NCBI GenBank assembly: GCA_039178065.1
Contig: JBCDFK010000001.1
Span: 1-32,519, forward strand
Source of the DNA: Pseudomonadota bacterium
GTDB lineage: Bacteria; Pseudomonadota; Alphaproteobacteria; Rhizobiales; Rhizobiaceae
Reading direction: 5' to 3'
DNA: 32,519 nucleotides
The notes beneath the pieces were generated by a model, which was not told where the DNA came from, did no database searches, and saw only the letters and a program-made list of their open reading frames with translations. The stretch's first letter is position 1, and each line of letters starts with the position of its first letter. Below are positions 8,665-18,565 of this stretch, piece after piece. The position numbers and the translations under genes were made by a program.

Positions 8665-10959
8665 ATGACTTGTTGCACTGTCAATGTTCCAAAACAGCCT
8701 ATTGAAGCAGATACAAGTCGCTTCAGAAAATACGAGACGTTTTTGCATGCTGGGCATGAGAACCCTGACCACACTATCCGCTATGTGATTTCGGTACCTG
8801 GCATTCATTGCGGTGTGTGCATTGCAGCCATTGAAAACGGTCTTGAGCACAAACACGGCATCGTTAGTGCAAGAGTAAATCTCACACTCAAACGCCTCAA
8901 TCTTCAGATCGACGATACTGCGGATTTGACCGATATCTTATCAACTGTCGAGGATCTTGGGTTCGACGTTTATCCCATTGATATGGGCGATCTGGCTGAA
9001 CTGGAAACTGAACGGCAATCTACGCAATTATTGAAAGCAATGGCCGTCGCAGGTTTTGCATCAATGAACATTATGCTGCTTTCGGTATCGGTATGGTCTG
9101 GTGCAGAAAATTCCACCAAAGATCTGTTCCACATTATATCAGCCATCATCGCAGTGCCGGTCGTTATCTACTCGGGTCAGGCGTTCTATCGTTCGGCCTT
9201 TGGTGCGTTGAAAGCCGGCCGTTTGAACATGGATGTGCCCATTTCGCTTGCGGTTTTATTGGCGCTCGGCATGAGTATCTTCGAGACCATGTCTGGTGGC
9301 GCGGAAGCGTATTTTGATGCGGCGACGATGCTGCTGTTCTTCTTGCTCATCGGGCGTTACCTCGATCAGAAAATGCGAGAGAAGGCACGCAATTCGGTCA
9401 TTGCACTTTCAAATTTAGCTGCCAAGGGCGCCAACCTTGTCATGCCAGACGGTGGTTTGTCTTACATTCCAGCAGACGAAATTGAGCCAGACATGTTGCT
9501 GCGTTTGCGACCAGGTGACCGCGTGCCAGCCGATGGTGTTATTACCAGCGGCACAACCGAATTCGACCGGTCTCTGGTAACTGGAGAAAGCGATCCACTT
9601 GAAGGTAAGATTGGCCAGTCAATTGAAGCTGGCGCACTCAATCTTACAGGCGTTATCGATTTGAAGGTGCGCAAGTCTTCAGATGAGTCCTTCCTGGCTG
9701 AAATCGGTCGAATGTTGGAAGCTGCAGAACAAGGCCGAGGCCACTACACGCGCATCGCAGATCGCATGGCGCGTATCTACGCTCCAGCGGTTCATCTGCT
9801 TGCACTGATTACATTTATGTTCTGGCTATGGACAACGAATGGTGACTGGCACACCTCATTGACCATCGCGATCGCGGTGTTAATCATCACCTGTCCATGC
9901 GCCCTGGGATTGGCTGTGCCGGTAGCGCATGTGGTGGCAGCATCACGCCTGATGAAAGAGGGTATATTGATGCGCGATGGTGGTGCTCTGGAAAGACTTG
10001 CTGAAATTCGAAGCGCTGCATTTGATAAGACCGGCACGCTGACAACAGGAACGCCAAGTGTCACCGAAATGGCTTCGATGAATGATGAGCAAATATCTAT
10101 TTTGAGCTCACTCGCCCAGGGCTCGAACCATCCGGCGGCGCGCGCTGTTGCGGCTCATCTGTCAAATTGCAAGACCAAACCATTGGATGTCCTGAATGAA
10201 GTGCCCGGCTATGGCATTGAGGGTGTCTGGAAGACAAGGCGCGTTCGATTGGGGCGCGCGAGCTGGGCAGCTGAGATTGCAGGTAAAATCTCCAGCGACA
10301 AAATTAGCGGTCTTGTATTTGCGATCGAGGGCCAGCAACCAGCATATATTCAGCTGAGCGAAAAAATCCGCAAAGGATCTAGAGATGCGATAGCTCAGTT
10401 GAGTTCTCTCAATATTCCATCAGAAATTCTATCGGGCGATGCCAGTCAGAAAGTAGCCGACGTTGCGCACAATATCGGCGTAGAAAAATACAGTGCTGAA
10501 CAATTACCAAATGACAAATTCAATTATATGAACCAACGGGAAAAAGACGGTAATCATACGCTTATGGTTGGTGATGGTATTAATGATGCGCCAGCGCTCG
10601 CTGCCGCCCATGTTTCAATGGCACCTGCAACCGCTGCGGATGTTGGTCGTCACGCTGCAGACTTCATCTTTACGCGGAGCAGTCTGTCGGCGGTGCCTTT
10701 TGCGTTTCAGATGGCGCGGCGCACGCAAACCGTTATCAAGCAAAATTTTGGGCTAGCACTAACTTACAATATGATTGCTGTGCCGTTGGCTTTTGCGGGT
10801 TATGTCACACCACTCTTTGCAGCAATTGCGATGTCAGCTTCTTCAATATTGGTGGTTGCAAATGCAATGCGCCTGCAATCTGGTGTTAAAAAACCGATCT
10901 CAACTGGTAAAAAAACAAAACAATCGCAAAGTTATCAAGGTGAAAGGGTACCCGTATGA
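8665..10959 (+). CDS. ccoI: Cu-translocating P1B-type ATPase CcoI/FixI
   Basis: MTCC N-terminus, HMA motif GIHCGVC, TGES, CPC, DKTGT, HP, GDGINDAP. Confidence 0.95.
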   Translation: MTCCTVNVPKQPIEADTSRFRKYETFLHAGHENPDHTIRYVISVPGIHCGVCIAAIENGLEHKHGIVSARVNLTLKRLNLQIDDTADLTDILSTVEDLGFDVYPIDMGDLAELETERQSTQLLKAMAVAGFASMNIMLLSVSVWSGAENSTKDLFHIISAIIAVPVVIYSGQAFYRSAFGALKAGRLNMDVPISLAVLLALGMSIFETMSGGAEAYFDAATMLLFFLLIGRYLDQKMREKARNSVIALSNLAAKGANLVMPDGGLSYIPADEIEPDMLLRLRPGDRVPADGVITSGTTEFDRSLVTGESDPLEGKIGQSIEAGALNLTGVIDLKVRKSSDESFLAEIGRMLEAAEQGRGHYTRIADRMARIYAPAVHLLALITFMFWLWTTNGDWHTSLTIAIAVLIITCPCALGLAVPVAHVVAASRLMKEGILMRDGGALERLAEIRSAAFDKTGTLTTGTPSVTEMASMNDEQISILSSLAQGSNHPAARAVAAHLSNCKTKPLDVLNEVPGYGIEGVWKTRRVRLGRASWAAEIAGKISSDKISGLVFAIEGQQPAYIQLSEKIRKGSRDAIAQLSSLNIPSEILSGDASQKVADVAHNIGVEKYSAEQLPNDKFNYMNQREKDGNHTLMVGDGINDAPALAAAHVSMAPATAADVGRHAADFIFTRSSLSAVPFAFQMARRTQTVIKQNFGLALTYNMIAVPLAFAGYVTPLFAAIAMSASSILVVANAMRLQSGVKKPISTGKKTKQSQSYQGERVPV

Positions 10960-11096
10960 ACCTTTTGATTTTTCTAATTCCCATTGCTTTGTTTCTAGGC
11001 TTTCTCGGTTTAGCTGCGTTTTTGTGGAGCTTGAAAACTGGTCAGTTTGACGATCCAGAAGGCGCTGCGCAGCGCATATTACAAAATGATGACTGA
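10956..11096 (+). CDS. ccoS: cbb3 oxidase maturation protein CcoS (46 aa)
   Basis: manual translation MNLLIFLIPIALFLGFLGLAAFLWSLKTGQFDDPEGAAQRILQNDD with the GQFDD motif; ATGA overlap with ccoI. Confidence 0.93.
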   Translation: MNLLIFLIPIALFLGFLGLAAFLWSLKTGQFDDPEGAAQRILQNDD

Positions 11097-11147
11097 ACGC
11101 TGGCATCGTCTAGGCGATTGCCAAAAGGCATTTCTGGCTGAATGGAG

Positions 11148-11161
11148 TTGATGTCGATCAA
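11148..11161. promoter_or_regulatory. FNR box of the USP gene
   Basis: perfect TTGAT-GTCG-ATCAA; TATAAG/TAAGCT -10-like element about 20 nt downstream. Confidence 0.9.
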
Positions 11162-11281
11162 TGCGAATTTGTGGGGCGGCTATAAGCTAGCTCCACGATC
11201 ATATTTCCAGTGATCATGGAGCATAAACCGTCAAGCATTCCAACGACTTGACCTCTCTAAATCCAATTCCCGGAGGCCCTT

Positions 11282-12136
11282 ATGCCTAAGCAAACAGTTT
11301 TTTTGATCGTTGATAAAGCCGCACCCGTAACATGCCTCAATGGCTGGATTGGAGCGGCGCAGGAACAAGACTTGCACCTTAGCGTTTTGGTTGTGGCTGT
11401 TGCCAGACCCATACCAACAACGGCCTTCGGCGGCATACCCTATGGCGGTATTGTGGTCACTGAAGAGTGGCAGAGTGGCATCAAACTAGACGCAGAAGCG
11501 CTGTCGGCAAAGGTACAAGAAATTGAAAGTGCAGTCTCTCAGGCCGGCATCTCGGCCAACGTTTATGGCTCGCATAGTGAATTGCCGTTGATGGCCGATG
11601 ATATCGAACTCACCGCAGGAGTCAGCGATTTGGCGGCCATACCAGATGGCCATGCTCTTGAAAGTGCTACTCTGGAAAGAGCGATATCTGCGCTCATTTT
11701 TCAATCGCCCGTCGCAGTGGCGATCCATTCGACAGATCCAGTGGCTGTGCTTAATCCCAAAAAAGTATTTGTAGCCTGGAAGCCCGGTTTGCCTGCAGCA
11801 CGCGCCATTCATGCAGCATTGCCACAACTACAAGGCGCTGATGAGGTCATCGTCGCCATCTTCGATCCGGACATGCGTGCGTCAAAAGATGGTGAAGACC
11901 CGTGCGCCGATGTGGCTACTTGGCTCAGCCGCCAAGGTTGCAAAGTCACTGTTCAGCAACTGGCTAGCGGCGGCAGGAGCATCGGCGAATGTATCAACGC
12001 GCATGCCAAACAAGCTGGTGCCGATCTGATCGTTATGGGGGCTTACGGGCATTCTAAGTTGCGTGAGCGCATATTCGGGGGCACCACGCATATGATACTC
12101 GATGAGGCGAGCAGACCAGTCTTGCTAGCTCACTAG
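11282..12136 (+). CDS. universal stress protein (tandem USP)
   Basis: C-terminal ADLIVMGAYGHSKLRERIFGGTT...PVLLAH; GGAGG RBS. Confidence 0.92.
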   Translation: MPKQTVFLIVDKAAPVTCLNGWIGAAQEQDLHLSVLVVAVARPIPTTAFGGIPYGGIVVTEEWQSGIKLDAEALSAKVQEIESAVSQAGISANVYGSHSELPLMADDIELTAGVSDLAAIPDGHALESATLERAISALIFQSPVAVAIHSTDPVAVLNPKKVFVAWKPGLPAARAIHAALPQLQGADEVIVAIFDPDMRASKDGEDPCADVATWLSRQGCKVTVQQLASGGRSIGECINAHAKQAGADLIVMGAYGHSKLRERIFGGTTHMILDEASRPVLLAH

Positions 12137-12328
12137 TTAGATCACCGACAAAATGTGGCAGCAATGATGCTATGTGTTGAGCCGTTCCTCTGAACTATTT
12201 TCCAGCCTTGGTCACCACCAAAGCTGCTCCTTTTCATTGTTTGCTTTACTATCAACTTTCGGCAGTCAATGGGTGCTTCTGTTTGGAAAAGAGCAAAACT
12301 GCAACTCTGTGGACCTTTCAGAAAAAAT

Positions 12329-12344
12329 TTGACTGCTTGGTAAA
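12329..12344. promoter_or_regulatory. RutR/PydR-like operator overlapping a TTGACT -35 element
   Basis: TTGACTGCTTGGTAAA resembles TTGACC-N4-GGTCAA; flanked by A tracts; upstream of a nucleoside/pyrimidine operon. Confidence 0.55.
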
Positions 12345-12381
12345 AAAATGCACTGCTACCGGAAATTGAAAGGATGACAAA

Positions 12382-13371
12382 GTGAAACAGATATACATCA
12401 CAAGACGAGTACTGCTTGCAGTGCTTTTTGCATTCTCAACTCTGGCAACCACTGGCATGGCAGCAGCTGAGAAAATCAAAGTCGCGGCGATTTTTACGTT
12501 GCCTGTGGAACAACAATGGATCAGCCGAATTCATAAAGCGCTCAACACAGCAGCGGAGCGCGGCGACATCGACTACAGTTTTTCAGAGAATGTCGCGAAC
12601 ACTGACTATGAGCGCGTGATGCGTGAGTTTGCTGAACAGGGATCGCAACTGATTGTTGGCGAAGTTTTCGGACTGGAGCGCGCAGCGCGCAAAGTTGCAA
12701 AAGACTATCCTGAAACCGCATTTCTGATGGGCTCCTCTTTTGGTCCTGTTGCGCCAAATTTCTCAGTGTTTGACAATTGGATTCACGAACCTTCCTATCT
12801 GTCTGGCATGATCGCGGGAGCTGCGACTGAATCCAATGTGATTGGAATGGTCGGCGGATACGCGATCCCTGAAGTTAACCGCCTGATGCACGCATTCATG
12901 GATGGAGCGCGCGAAACCAATCCGGATGTTAAGTTCATCGTGAACTTTATTGACAGCTGGTATGACCCGCCCAAAGCCAAAGAAAGCGCCTTTGCCATGA
13001 TGGATGCTGGCGCCGATATTATGTATGCAGAACGTTTTGGCGTATCAGATGCGGCTGTGGAACGCGGTGTCAAAGCGATTGGCAATGTCATCGACACATC
13101 TGGCGATTACCCCGGTACAATTATGGCGTCCGCGCTATGGCACATGGAAGCAACCATAGACAAAGCTATTGCCAATGTTGCATCAGGCAATTTTGAAGCG
13201 TCTGATTATGGCCAGTATAGCTTTATGGCATACGGCGGTGGATCTCTGGTGATGGACGAAAGCCTTGTTGCGGCTGAAGTCGTCGCAAGCGTTAAAGAGC
13301 GCGAAGCCGAAATATTGGATGGCTTGTTTCGGGTCAACGTGAATGACGACCGGCCGGTTTCGGACAATTAA
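12382..13371 (+). CDS. BMP-family ABC transporter substrate-binding protein (nucleoside/purine/pyrimidine)
   Basis: signal peptide; IHEPSYLSGMIAG, IGMVGGYAIPEVNRL, SWYDPPKAKE. Confidence 0.9.
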   Translation: MKQIYITRRVLLAVLFAFSTLATTGMAAAEKIKVAAIFTLPVEQQWISRIHKALNTAAERGDIDYSFSENVANTDYERVMREFAEQGSQLIVGEVFGLERAARKVAKDYPETAFLMGSSFGPVAPNFSVFDNWIHEPSYLSGMIAGAATESNVIGMVGGYAIPEVNRLMHAFMDGARETNPDVKFIVNFIDSWYDPPKAKESAFAMMDAGADIMYAERFGVSDAAVERGVKAIGNVIDTSGDYPGTIMASALWHMEATIDKAIANVASGNFEASDYGQYSFMAYGGGSLVMDESLVAAEVVASVKEREAEILDGLFRVNVNDDRPVSDN

Positions 13372-13377
13372 GTTAAA

Positions 13378-13400
13378 GGGGCCGGCCAGGTGCCGGCCTC
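13378..13400 (+). other. intercistronic stem-loop after the substrate-binding gene
   Basis: GGGGCCGGC-CAGGT-GCCGGCCTC; typical mRNA-stabilising hairpin of ABC operons. Confidence 0.55.
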
Positions 13401-13409
13401 ATTCCCATC

Positions 13410-14921
13410 ATGAGAACAGTACTCAGCCTCAACGGACTTAGTAAGCGTTTCGGTTCTGTCATTGCCAATAATAATGTCACACTTACGCTCAAGCGGGGCG
13501 AGGTTTTGGCGTTGCTTGGTGAAAACGGAGCCGGCAAAACAACGCTCATGAATATGTTGTTTGGCCATTATCTCCCAGACGCTGGTACTATTGATGTGGC
13601 AGATGAAAACGGCCAGTTGCAATCGCTACAATTAGGGCATCCACAAGCCGCACTGTCCTCTGGCATCGGCATGGTGCATCAACATTTCACTTTGGCTGAG
13701 AACATCAGCGCAATCGACAATATCACGCTTGGATCCGAACGACTTTTGACGCTGAGGCGTGATCGCTCGGCGGCCAGACGAAAAATTGAATCGATCATGG
13801 AAAAGAGCGGATTGAATGCTCCATTAAATGTCCCCGTTGGGCGACTTTCGGTGGGTGAACGCCAACGCGTGGAAATCTTAAAAGCGCTATACCGTGATGC
13901 CCGCATATTGGTATTGGATGAACCAACAGCGGTTCTCACTCCGCAGGAAGCGGACATGCTTTTTGAAAATATCAAAGCAATGACTGCAGAGGGATTGTCG
14001 GTGATATTCATCTCCCACAAGCTGCGTGAGGTCCTGGCATTTTCTGATCGAATTGCAGTACTTCGCCATGGCGAAAAGGTGGGCGAGATGGCAACCGCTG
14101 ATGCCGACGAAAAAACCATCGCACGGATGATGGTTGGCGCCGATACCCCTAAGATTGCGCGACAAGAAATGGCTGCGGGCGAGACGATCACGGAGCTAAA
14201 AGGCGTAACCGTATCTGGGCGCTCCAAACGCGATAGTCTAGAATCTGTCGACTTGACCGTGCGTGCGCATGAAATATTGGGCATTGCCGGAATTTCAGGC
14301 AATGGGCAAAGTGCATTGGCTAAATTGATATCCGGATTGGCAATTCCAACACGCGGCACGATCGAAATTGATGACCAAGCAATTACCAGTCCAAACCCCG
14401 CGTCGATGATATCGGCTGGTGTCGGCCGTATTCCGGAAGACCGGCACTATGAGGGCATTGTTGGTGCAATGACGGTGGCCGAGAACATGGTAATCGAACG
14501 CCTTAGCGACCCCGACATCCAGTCAAATGGGCTGCTACGTCGCGACGCCATCCAATCCAATGCGTCGACACTAACAAAAGAGTATGATGTGCGCGGCCCT
14601 GGGGTAACTGCCTCAGCGCAATTGCTATCGGGCGGAAACATTCAGAAGCTAATCCTCGCTAGGGTTTTTGATCGCGGACCGCGCGTCATTTTAGCAAACC
14701 AACCCACCCGAGGTCTCGACATGGGTGCCGCAGCCGAGGTCGGTCGCCGATTGCTTGAAGCGCGCGCAAGGGGCGCTGGAATTATTCTCATATCGGAAGA
14801 TTTGGATGAAATTTTGGGTCTTGCCGATCGGATCGTTGTCATTCGAGACGGTAACTTGGTGGAAGCTGACAGCCAGGATCGGGAAAAGATTGGTATGATG
14901 ATGGCCGGTGAAGCAGCATGA
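13410..14921 (+). CDS. ABC transporter ATP-binding protein (two NBDs, CUT2/Nup type)
   Basis: GENGAGKTT, LVLDEPT, LSGGNIQK. Confidence 0.93.
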   Translation: MRTVLSLNGLSKRFGSVIANNNVTLTLKRGEVLALLGENGAGKTTLMNMLFGHYLPDAGTIDVADENGQLQSLQLGHPQAALSSGIGMVHQHFTLAENISAIDNITLGSERLLTLRRDRSAARRKIESIMEKSGLNAPLNVPVGRLSVGERQRVEILKALYRDARILVLDEPTAVLTPQEADMLFENIKAMTAEGLSVIFISHKLREVLAFSDRIAVLRHGEKVGEMATADADEKTIARMMVGADTPKIARQEMAAGETITELKGVTVSGRSKRDSLESVDLTVRAHEILGIAGISGNGQSALAKLISGLAIPTRGTIEIDDQAITSPNPASMISAGVGRIPEDRHYEGIVGAMTVAENMVIERLSDPDIQSNGLLRRDAIQSNASTLTKEYDVRGPGVTASAQLLSGGNIQKLILARVFDRGPRVILANQPTRGLDMGAAAEVGRRLLEARARGAGIILISEDLDEILGLADRIVVIRDGNLVEADSQDREKIGMMMAGEAA

Positions 14922-15991
14922 TCAGAATCGAACCGCGCAACAACACATCAAAGACCTTTGCGTTTGGAATACCCATCCTTTCAGCAGTGCTCTCACTTGC
15001 CCTAGCTGCAATACCGTTGCTATTGGCGGGTGCAAACCCGATCGCCGCTTATGGCGAAATGATAAAGGGTGTCTTTGGATCTGTTTTCGCTGTTTCCGAA
15101 ATGTTGACACGCGCAACGCCCCTTATCTTCACAGGTCTGGCCGCTGCGTTAGCGTTCCGAGCAAAACTTTGGAATATCGGGGCGGAAGGGCAGCTCTATT
15201 TGGGCGCGATGGCGGCGGTCGCCATTGGCTCGGGAGCGTTTGATATATCCGGTTTTATTTTGTTGCCCTTGATCGTGATTTTGGGCGCTGCTGCTGGTGC
15301 AGCGGGCATGGCGGCACCGACCTATTTGAAAACGCGGTTTGGCGCCGATGAAGTTGTTACCACTTTGCTCTTAAATTTCATCATCCTGATTTTTCTTCAG
15401 ATGATGCTTGAAGGCCCATTGCAAGACCCGATGGGGCTTGGTTGGCCGCAATCAGCCCCTGTTCTGGACCAGGGCATGTTGCCACCCTTGATAGAGAGAA
15501 TGCGCGTGCATTCCGGGCTGATAATCGCGCTTGTTCTTGCAGCCATTGCGCAGTTTATGCTGGCTCGCTCAGTGTGGGGTTTTAAACTACGGGCTGTTGG
15601 AGAGAACGCGGCGGCTGCAAAACATGCAGGCATTAAAGTCAACCGGTCACTGTTTGGCGTCGCGATTATATCTGGCGGATTGGCAGGATTGGCCGGCGTA
15701 AGCGAGGTAGCCGGTTTGAAAGGCTATTTGACCGCTGATCTATCTCCAGGTTTCGGTTACACAGGCATCGTGGTTGCCATGCTAGCCGGGTTATCGCCCC
15801 TCGGCGTTGTTGCAGCTGCGGTATTTATTGCCTCGGTTTTTGTCGGTGCAGATAGTATGAGCCGGGCAATGGGCGTATCATCATTCCTGGCCGACCTTGT
15901 GGTGTCGATGTCGCTGCTGTGTGTTCTCGTCGGTGGCTTTATTGCCAAGTATCGGCTCGTGCGTACCGATACAGGTAAGGTGGCAGCATGA
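14918..15991 (+). CDS. nucleoside ABC transporter permease 1
   Basis: WNIGAEGQ, GFGYTGIVVAMLA; multiple TM helices. Confidence 0.92.
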   Translation: MIRIEPRNNTSKTFAFGIPILSAVLSLALAAIPLLLAGANPIAAYGEMIKGVFGSVFAVSEMLTRATPLIFTGLAAALAFRAKLWNIGAEGQLYLGAMAAVAIGSGAFDISGFILLPLIVILGAAAGAAGMAAPTYLKTRFGADEVVTTLLLNFIILIFLQMMLEGPLQDPMGLGWPQSAPVLDQGMLPPLIERMRVHSGLIIALVLAAIAQFMLARSVWGFKLRAVGENAAAAKHAGIKVNRSLFGVAIISGGLAGLAGVSEVAGLKGYLTADLSPGFGYTGIVVAMLAGLSPLGVVAAAVFIASVFVGADSMSRAMGVSSFLADLVVSMSLLCVLVGGFIAKYRLVRTDTGKVAA

Positions 15992-16932
15992 TGGATATTC
16001 TCAGCATCTTGATAAGCGAAAGCTTTTGGGCCGCTTCACTTCGGATCGCAACGCCGCTCATTTTCGGTGTGTTAGGCGCACTCATCTGCGAGCGCTCTGG
16101 CGTTCTAAATCTGGGTATTGAAGGTATTTTTGTGGTCGGCGCAATGTGCGGCTGGATGGCTGTATGGTTGGGCGCAGGTCTTTGGTCTGGCGTCTTGGTG
16201 GCTGCGCTTGCTGGCGCGCTATTTGGGCTTTTCCATGCAATTCTAACTGTCCCGCTTGGGCTTTCACAACATGTTTCAGGATTGGGTATTACGCTGTTTG
16301 CTACGTCCGTTAGTTACTTTACATATAGAACCACATTGCCCAATGTGTCTTCGCCGCCTCGTATCGAACCGTTTCAACCACTAGACATCCCCATCCTCTC
16401 TGACTTGCCGTTTATTGGTACGGTTTTATTCCAGCAAACTGCGATGACCTGGCTTGCTCTGCTTATGGTTGTTATCGTTTGGTATGTCATGAACCGCACT
16501 GCACTTGGTGTCGCAATCAAGGCCGTGGGTGACAATCCAGACAGTGTCGACGCCCAAGGGCTCTCAGTTTACGCATTACGCATGGGCGCTATTGTCGCTG
16601 GCTCAGCATTGATGGCATTGGGCGGTGCATTTTTAACAATGTCAGCCTTTGATGCTTTCTTCTTCGGCATGGTCAATGGGCGCGGCTGGGTGTGTATTGC
16701 ATTGGTCATTTTTGCGAGCTGGCGACCGGGCAAAGCACTCTTTGGTGCCCTATTATTTGGTGCATTTGATGCGCTGCAAGTGCGCTTGCAAACCGAAATG
16801 GGTGCGCTCGTGCCTGGGCAAGTCTTTTTGATGGCACCCTATATTCTTTCGATCATTGCCCTAGTTGTCGCAGCTCGCAGCGCTGACTATCCTCGGGCAC
16901 TGCTTACACCTTGGTTCAAAGGCCAACGCTAG
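15988..16932 (+). CDS. nucleoside ABC transporter permease 2
   Basis: ERSGVLNLGIEG, GRGWVCIALVIFASW. Confidence 0.92.
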   Translation: MMDILSILISESFWAASLRIATPLIFGVLGALICERSGVLNLGIEGIFVVGAMCGWMAVWLGAGLWSGVLVAALAGALFGLFHAILTVPLGLSQHVSGLGITLFATSVSYFTYRTTLPNVSSPPRIEPFQPLDIPILSDLPFIGTVLFQQTAMTWLALLMVVIVWYVMNRTALGVAIKAVGDNPDSVDAQGLSVYALRMGAIVAGSALMALGGAFLTMSAFDAFFFGMVNGRGWVCIALVIFASWRPGKALFGALLFGAFDALQVRLQTEMGALVPGQVFLMAPYILSIIALVVAARSADYPRALLTPWFKGQR

Positions 16933-16941
16933 GAGATTCTC

Positions 16942-18225
16942 TTGTTCGATTTGCTGGTTAAAAACGCGACATTGACCGATGGACAATCCGGAATCGACGT
17001 CGCTTGCCAGAATGGTAAGATCGTTGCTGTCGAAGCAGGTATTTCCGCCGAAGCACGCGAGACGATCGATGCTCAAAATTATCTTCTTTCGCCGCCCTTC
17101 ATCGATCCACATTTCCATATGGACGCAACCTTGTCTCTTGGCACGCCGCGACTGAATATCTCTGGCACACTTCTGGAAGGTATTTCGTTGTGGGGCGAAC
17201 TAAAGCCCGTGCAATCGGTTGAAGACATCATCGAGCGCGCGCTGCGCTATTGCGATCTGGCAGCTGCAATGGGGATTGGCGCGATCCGCAGCCACGTCGA
17301 TACGTGCGATGATTCATTGAAGGGCGTCCAAGCTCTTCTGGAGGTGCGCGAAAAGGTGAAACCGCTCCTCGATCTACAACTTGTGGCATTTCCACAGGAC
17401 GGCGTTCTGCGCGATCCTACAGCGATGCAAAACACAATTCGTGCGTTGGATATGGGCGTTGACGTTGTCGGCGGTATTCCACATTTCGAACGCACAATGG
17501 CTGATGGAGCTGAGAGCGTGAGGCTGTTGTGCGAGATGGCGGCTGAACGAAGTCTGATGGTTGATATGCATTGCGACGAAAGCGATGATCCGCATAGCCG
17601 GCATATCGAAAGTCTGGTCTATGAAACGCAGCGCCTTGGACTTCAAGGTCGCGTGGCTGGTTCTCATCTTACGTCGATGCATTCAATGGATAATTACTAC
17701 GTGTCCAAATTGATTCCGCTGATGGTGGAAGCACAAGTCCATGCGATCCCCAATCCGCTTATCAACATCATGCTTCAGGGCCGCCACGATACTTATCCCA
17801 AACGGCGTGGTCAAACTCGAGTGCGCGAGTTGCGCGATGCAGGCATCGTCGTTGGTTTCGGCTCGGATTGTATGATGGATCCATGGTATTCCTTGGGTAA
17901 AGCGGACATGTTGGATGTGGCCTTCATGGGATTGCATGTCGGGCAGCTATCAAGTCGTGCAGATATGGCATGGTGTTTTGATGCGGTGACCGAGACATCC
18001 GCCAAGATTATGCAACTTGCAGATTACGGTGTCGCCAAAGGCTGCAATGCGAATTTTGTTCTGCTGCAGGCAACCGATAAGATCGAGGCCATTCGGCTTC
18101 GAGCCCATCGTCTGGCCGTGGTGCGTCATGGCAAAGTCATTTCAAGGTCAGATCCAGTTGTCCATAAGCTGACCAAAGCAAAAGATTCCCAGATATTGAA
18201 TGAAGCATTCGTAGCCAAAAAATAA
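16942..18225 (+). CDS. codA: cytosine deaminase-like amidohydrolase
   Basis: DPHFHMD, VAFPQDG, GGIPHFE, HCDE, SH, GSDCMMDPWY; TTG start with AGGAG RBS. Confidence 0.85.
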   Translation: MFDLLVKNATLTDGQSGIDVACQNGKIVAVEAGISAEARETIDAQNYLLSPPFIDPHFHMDATLSLGTPRLNISGTLLEGISLWGELKPVQSVEDIIERALRYCDLAAAMGIGAIRSHVDTCDDSLKGVQALLEVREKVKPLLDLQLVAFPQDGVLRDPTAMQNTIRALDMGVDVVGGIPHFERTMADGAESVRLLCEMAAERSLMVDMHCDESDDPHSRHIESLVYETQRLGLQGRVAGSHLTSMHSMDNYYVSKLIPLMVEAQVHAIPNPLINIMLQGRHDTYPKRRGQTRVRELRDAGIVVGFGSDCMMDPWYSLGKADMLDVAFMGLHVGQLSSRADMAWCFDAVTETSAKIMQLADYGVAKGCNANFVLLQATDKIEAIRLRAHRLAVVRHGKVISRSDPVVHKLTKAKDSQILNEAFVAKK

Positions 18226-18342
18226 GCTTACAATCGTGAGCGAACCAGTCGCTGTGGTGTTCCGCTTTGGGTCGAGCTTCAGTTTCTGCGTAAAAATTGG
18301 GAAGACATCGAGCGCTTTTTGCAATGACCGGCTCCTATTGAC

Positions 18343-18555
18343 CTACCTTGTTCCAGCTTTTGATGGGCAGATATGGGCATTGGGACGTTTGCCGCTTTCT
18401 ACCAATATAATATTGGACACCGTTACGTGGCTCACGCCAAACTCATCAGCTAACGCAGAAACCGCCCCTCTATTTCTGGTACGTTTGGTCCATTTTTGGT
18501 AGATGGCCAATCGATCGGCCGGCGTGAGCCGACCACTTGGTTTTGAGTTCTCCAT
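18343..18555 (-). CDS. small helix-turn-helix protein (70 aa)
   Basis: MENSKPSGRLTPADRLAIYQKWTKRTRNRGAVSALADEFGVSHVTVSNII...; ATG 10 nt after the RND stop; canonical HTH pattern LAxEFGVSxxTVxxI. Confidence 0.55.
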   Translation of the reverse strand: MENSKPSGRLTPADRLAIYQKWTKRTRNRGAVSALADEFGVSHVTVSNIILVESGKRPNAHICPSKAGTR

Positions 18556-18565
18556 CTTACCACGC

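Noticed and set aside
13679-14359. 226-aa antisense ORF, and similar ones inside the RND/MFP genes (19200-19760, 21721-22392)
   Set aside because: Shadow ORFs opposite well-supported genes, with no recognisable motifs.
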